Positions 61,633-64,000 of a stretch of DNA of 64,000 nt are shown here, one piece after another. Within the stretch, counting starts at the first letter, position 1. Every line of letters starts with the position of its first letter. Below the pieces are notes generated by a model. It was not told the DNA's origin and did no database searches. It worked only from the letters and a program-made list of their open reading frames with translations. The position numbers and the translations under genes were made by a program. This DNA is from Negaprion brevirostris (Eukaryota): the NCBI GenBank assembly GCA_030324005.1, contig JARDVH010000115.1, forward strand, positions 36,716,794-36,780,793, in the 5' to 3' direction.

Positions 61633-62834
61633 CGAAATGGCTCCCTAGTCAACCCTGCTCAGTGAAAATCTAGGTCCTAGTGTTCGGGGTCTGAGTTATG
61701 GAAAAAGATGAGAGAAATTAAAATTTTTATTGGGGAAAGAATGTTGGAAAGGCAACCTCATGATGATTGGTGGAAGTGATCTTTGAAATGCTGCCATTTT
61801 TTGTGGTGAACCTTGTCAGAAAGTGCTGAAGAGAGCATTTAAAAGGTGCAATGTTTAGTTGTTACGGTTATAACATAACTTGGGTGAATCCACGAGGAAA
61901 TATATAATAGCAAATGGTACAAGGTTAATCTACAAATGCTACATTAAAGTAAAGAATGGGAGTGGAATTTGAGTGGGAAAAACAATTCTTACAATATAAG
62001 AATTACTAGAAAGGCCACCATTTGTTGTTGCCCCTCCCCTAGAAGGTGATAGTGAGCTGCCCTCTGAAACTCTGTAGTAGCTTGACACAACTGAATGGCT
62101 CAGTAGACCACTTTGGCAGCAGTTAAGAGACAACAATGTCAGAATGTGACTGTAGTCACATGTAGGCCAGGGTGGGTAAGTAAGAATGGGCACTAAATAC
62201 TAGTCTTGCTGATGGCATCCACATATCCAGAAAGGGTTAAAAACTTAGGCTAAACATAGATGCACTCAACTTTGAATATCACGGCACAATATCTGGTCAT
62301 CATATCACTCAATTGTTTAAAAATTACAGAAGAGATGGTGTTCAGGAAACTTCCAAGATTACTAACAATTTCCCCACTTCCCCCTGGTATTTTTGGCACC
62401 TACGTGAAACAGACGGAAAGCTACAGTTTCATTTGGGAGTGGGAGGTGAAAAAGGCAAGAGTCAAAAGAACTTATAATTTTGTAAACTAGATCACAGGAG
62501 GAGTGTACAGGAAATCAGAGGGTTGAAGACTAGTATTAAAACACAACAGATCAAACATCGCAAAAGGCAAATAAACATGATCCTCAAGCAGCACAGATGG
62601 TCAGCAAAGAAACATATGAATAAGCTCCCAAAGTAAGCAGCAAGGACCTATTTCAAAGTAAACAAATCCTTTTGAAGGTCATGACGCATTTGGGAGGTTC
62701 CAGCATAACAGCAGAGGTTGATAATGCAAATCAATCGTAACTTTGAAGTTTATATATTAATTAGATTTAGAAATACAAATGTGAATGCAATCGGAGAGTT
62801 TCCCTTCAAACGTTCTCAAAGCAGCAACCTCCCT

Positions 62835-63075
62835 TAGAATCAAAGGAGGAGGCCATTTGGACCATTGAGTCAGCACCGACTCTCCGACAGAGCATCTTTA
62901 CCCAGGCCTTCACTCACTCATCCCCATAACCCTGCACATTTGCCATAGTTAATTCTTCTAACCTACACATCTTTGGACATTAAGGGGCAATTTGGCACGG
63001 TCAATCCACCTAACCTGCACATCTTTGTACTGTGGGAGGAAACTGGAGGACCCGGAGATAACTCATGCAGCCACA
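62835..63075 (-). mobile_element. HE1-like V-SINE, partial (a further partial minus copy at ~46645-46795)
   Basis: ccacctaacctgcacatctttg...gtgggaggaaactggag. Confidence 0.8.
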
Positions 63076-64000
63076 TGATAAATATTTATTTAAGAAATGG
63101 GGGTTGGAGGAAAATACAAGTTTTCTATATTTTTGCATGTATGTGTGCTTTATCAAACTGAAAGACAAGCAGATTTTGATAATCAGATGATACATGCACA
63201 TACATTTTATGCCTAACTGACCCTTCTACATTTGGCCATTTAAATAGTATAAAAGGAGTACTTCACATTAGGTACTGACCCCCTCTGATCATTTGTTATT
63301 CTTTTCATCTCCACTGTTTGTGATCTTTGTACGCTAATAATGCTTACAAAAACTGAGGTTTTCTATTCTTAGTAGCTTGACATCTCAATGCAGCTACATA
63401 GATTGGTGGCAATAGAATCACGATCATGGTTGTTGAACAGCAGATAGTATTCCTACTGTTCTATTATAGCACATAGGCTGAGAGTACATTTGGAGTGAAC
63501 TAAGCAGAGTGAACTAAAACCTTTTAACAATACCACCACAATTTGCTAGGCATCAAAACTGAATTTTTAGCTTGGTAAAATCAATTGCTGCATTAGACAC
63601 ACCAATAATCCACAAACAGCTATAAGATATTAATATATGCAAGATCAATGGTGATGACTTGTACACGTTAATGCGTTCACAATAATATCGAAAGTGCTTT
63701 TAATGAATATTTGAATGTTTACAGAAACATCTGATTAGAATTTTCTTCCCTACTCCCATTCTGAAAGAACTCTGTTTAAATGCAGTGGGCTCATCCAAGT
63801 TCTGTTATAACATTAATGACAGAACACTGCACCTCTTTTGATGCTCTTTTCAGTACCTTTCTTTGCAAGTACCACCAACAAATAGCAACATTTCAAAGAA
63901 TCATTTCCACTAATTATCATCACTATCTTATTTTTCTACTTAGGCACTGCATTTTATCTCCCGAAACCAAAGACTCTGATTTCCTTCCCTACACATGCAC

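Noticed and set aside
59482-64000. DDHD1 exon 1 / promoter
   Set aside because: No CpG-rich region or N-terminal DDHD1 coding sequence is visible; it must lie beyond the window.
1-64000. Prokaryotic-type systems (CRISPR arrays, operons, phage)
   Set aside because: No regularly spaced repeats or gene-dense segments; the sequence is vertebrate exon/intron DNA throughout.

Overview
Eukaryotic (vertebrate) genomic DNA, AT-rich and with many N gaps. The repeat content (HE1/V-SINE-like tRNA SINEs, DeuSINE-like SINEs, CR1, Penelope, Harbinger, Rex1/Babar) points to a cartilaginous fish (shark or ray). Most of the window is one minus-strand gene, DDHD1 (phosphatidic acid-preferring phospholipase A1). 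I traced 11 coding exons by hand, from 59481 down to the stop codon at 1771. All visible splice sites are GT-AG with consistent phases, giving about 600 codons. Exon 1 lies beyond the right edge of the window, and the first ~13 nt of one exon fall in an N gap. The introns are mostly decayed transposons. Four non-routine signals stand out. (1) An intact, lone ADGRV1/GPR98-type Calx-beta exon sits in the last DDHD1 intron, on the same strand but out of phase (orphan/poison exon or mis-assembly). (2) A 28S rRNA fragment lies inside a ~207-bp inverted duplication. (3) Minimal hammerhead-ribozyme cores occur in Penelope-derived repeats. (4) A polypyrimidine-AG|GTAAG site in intron 2 could be a recursive splice site or the end of a 30-nt microexon. 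Family names come from recalled motifs, not database searches, and repeat boundaries are approximate.
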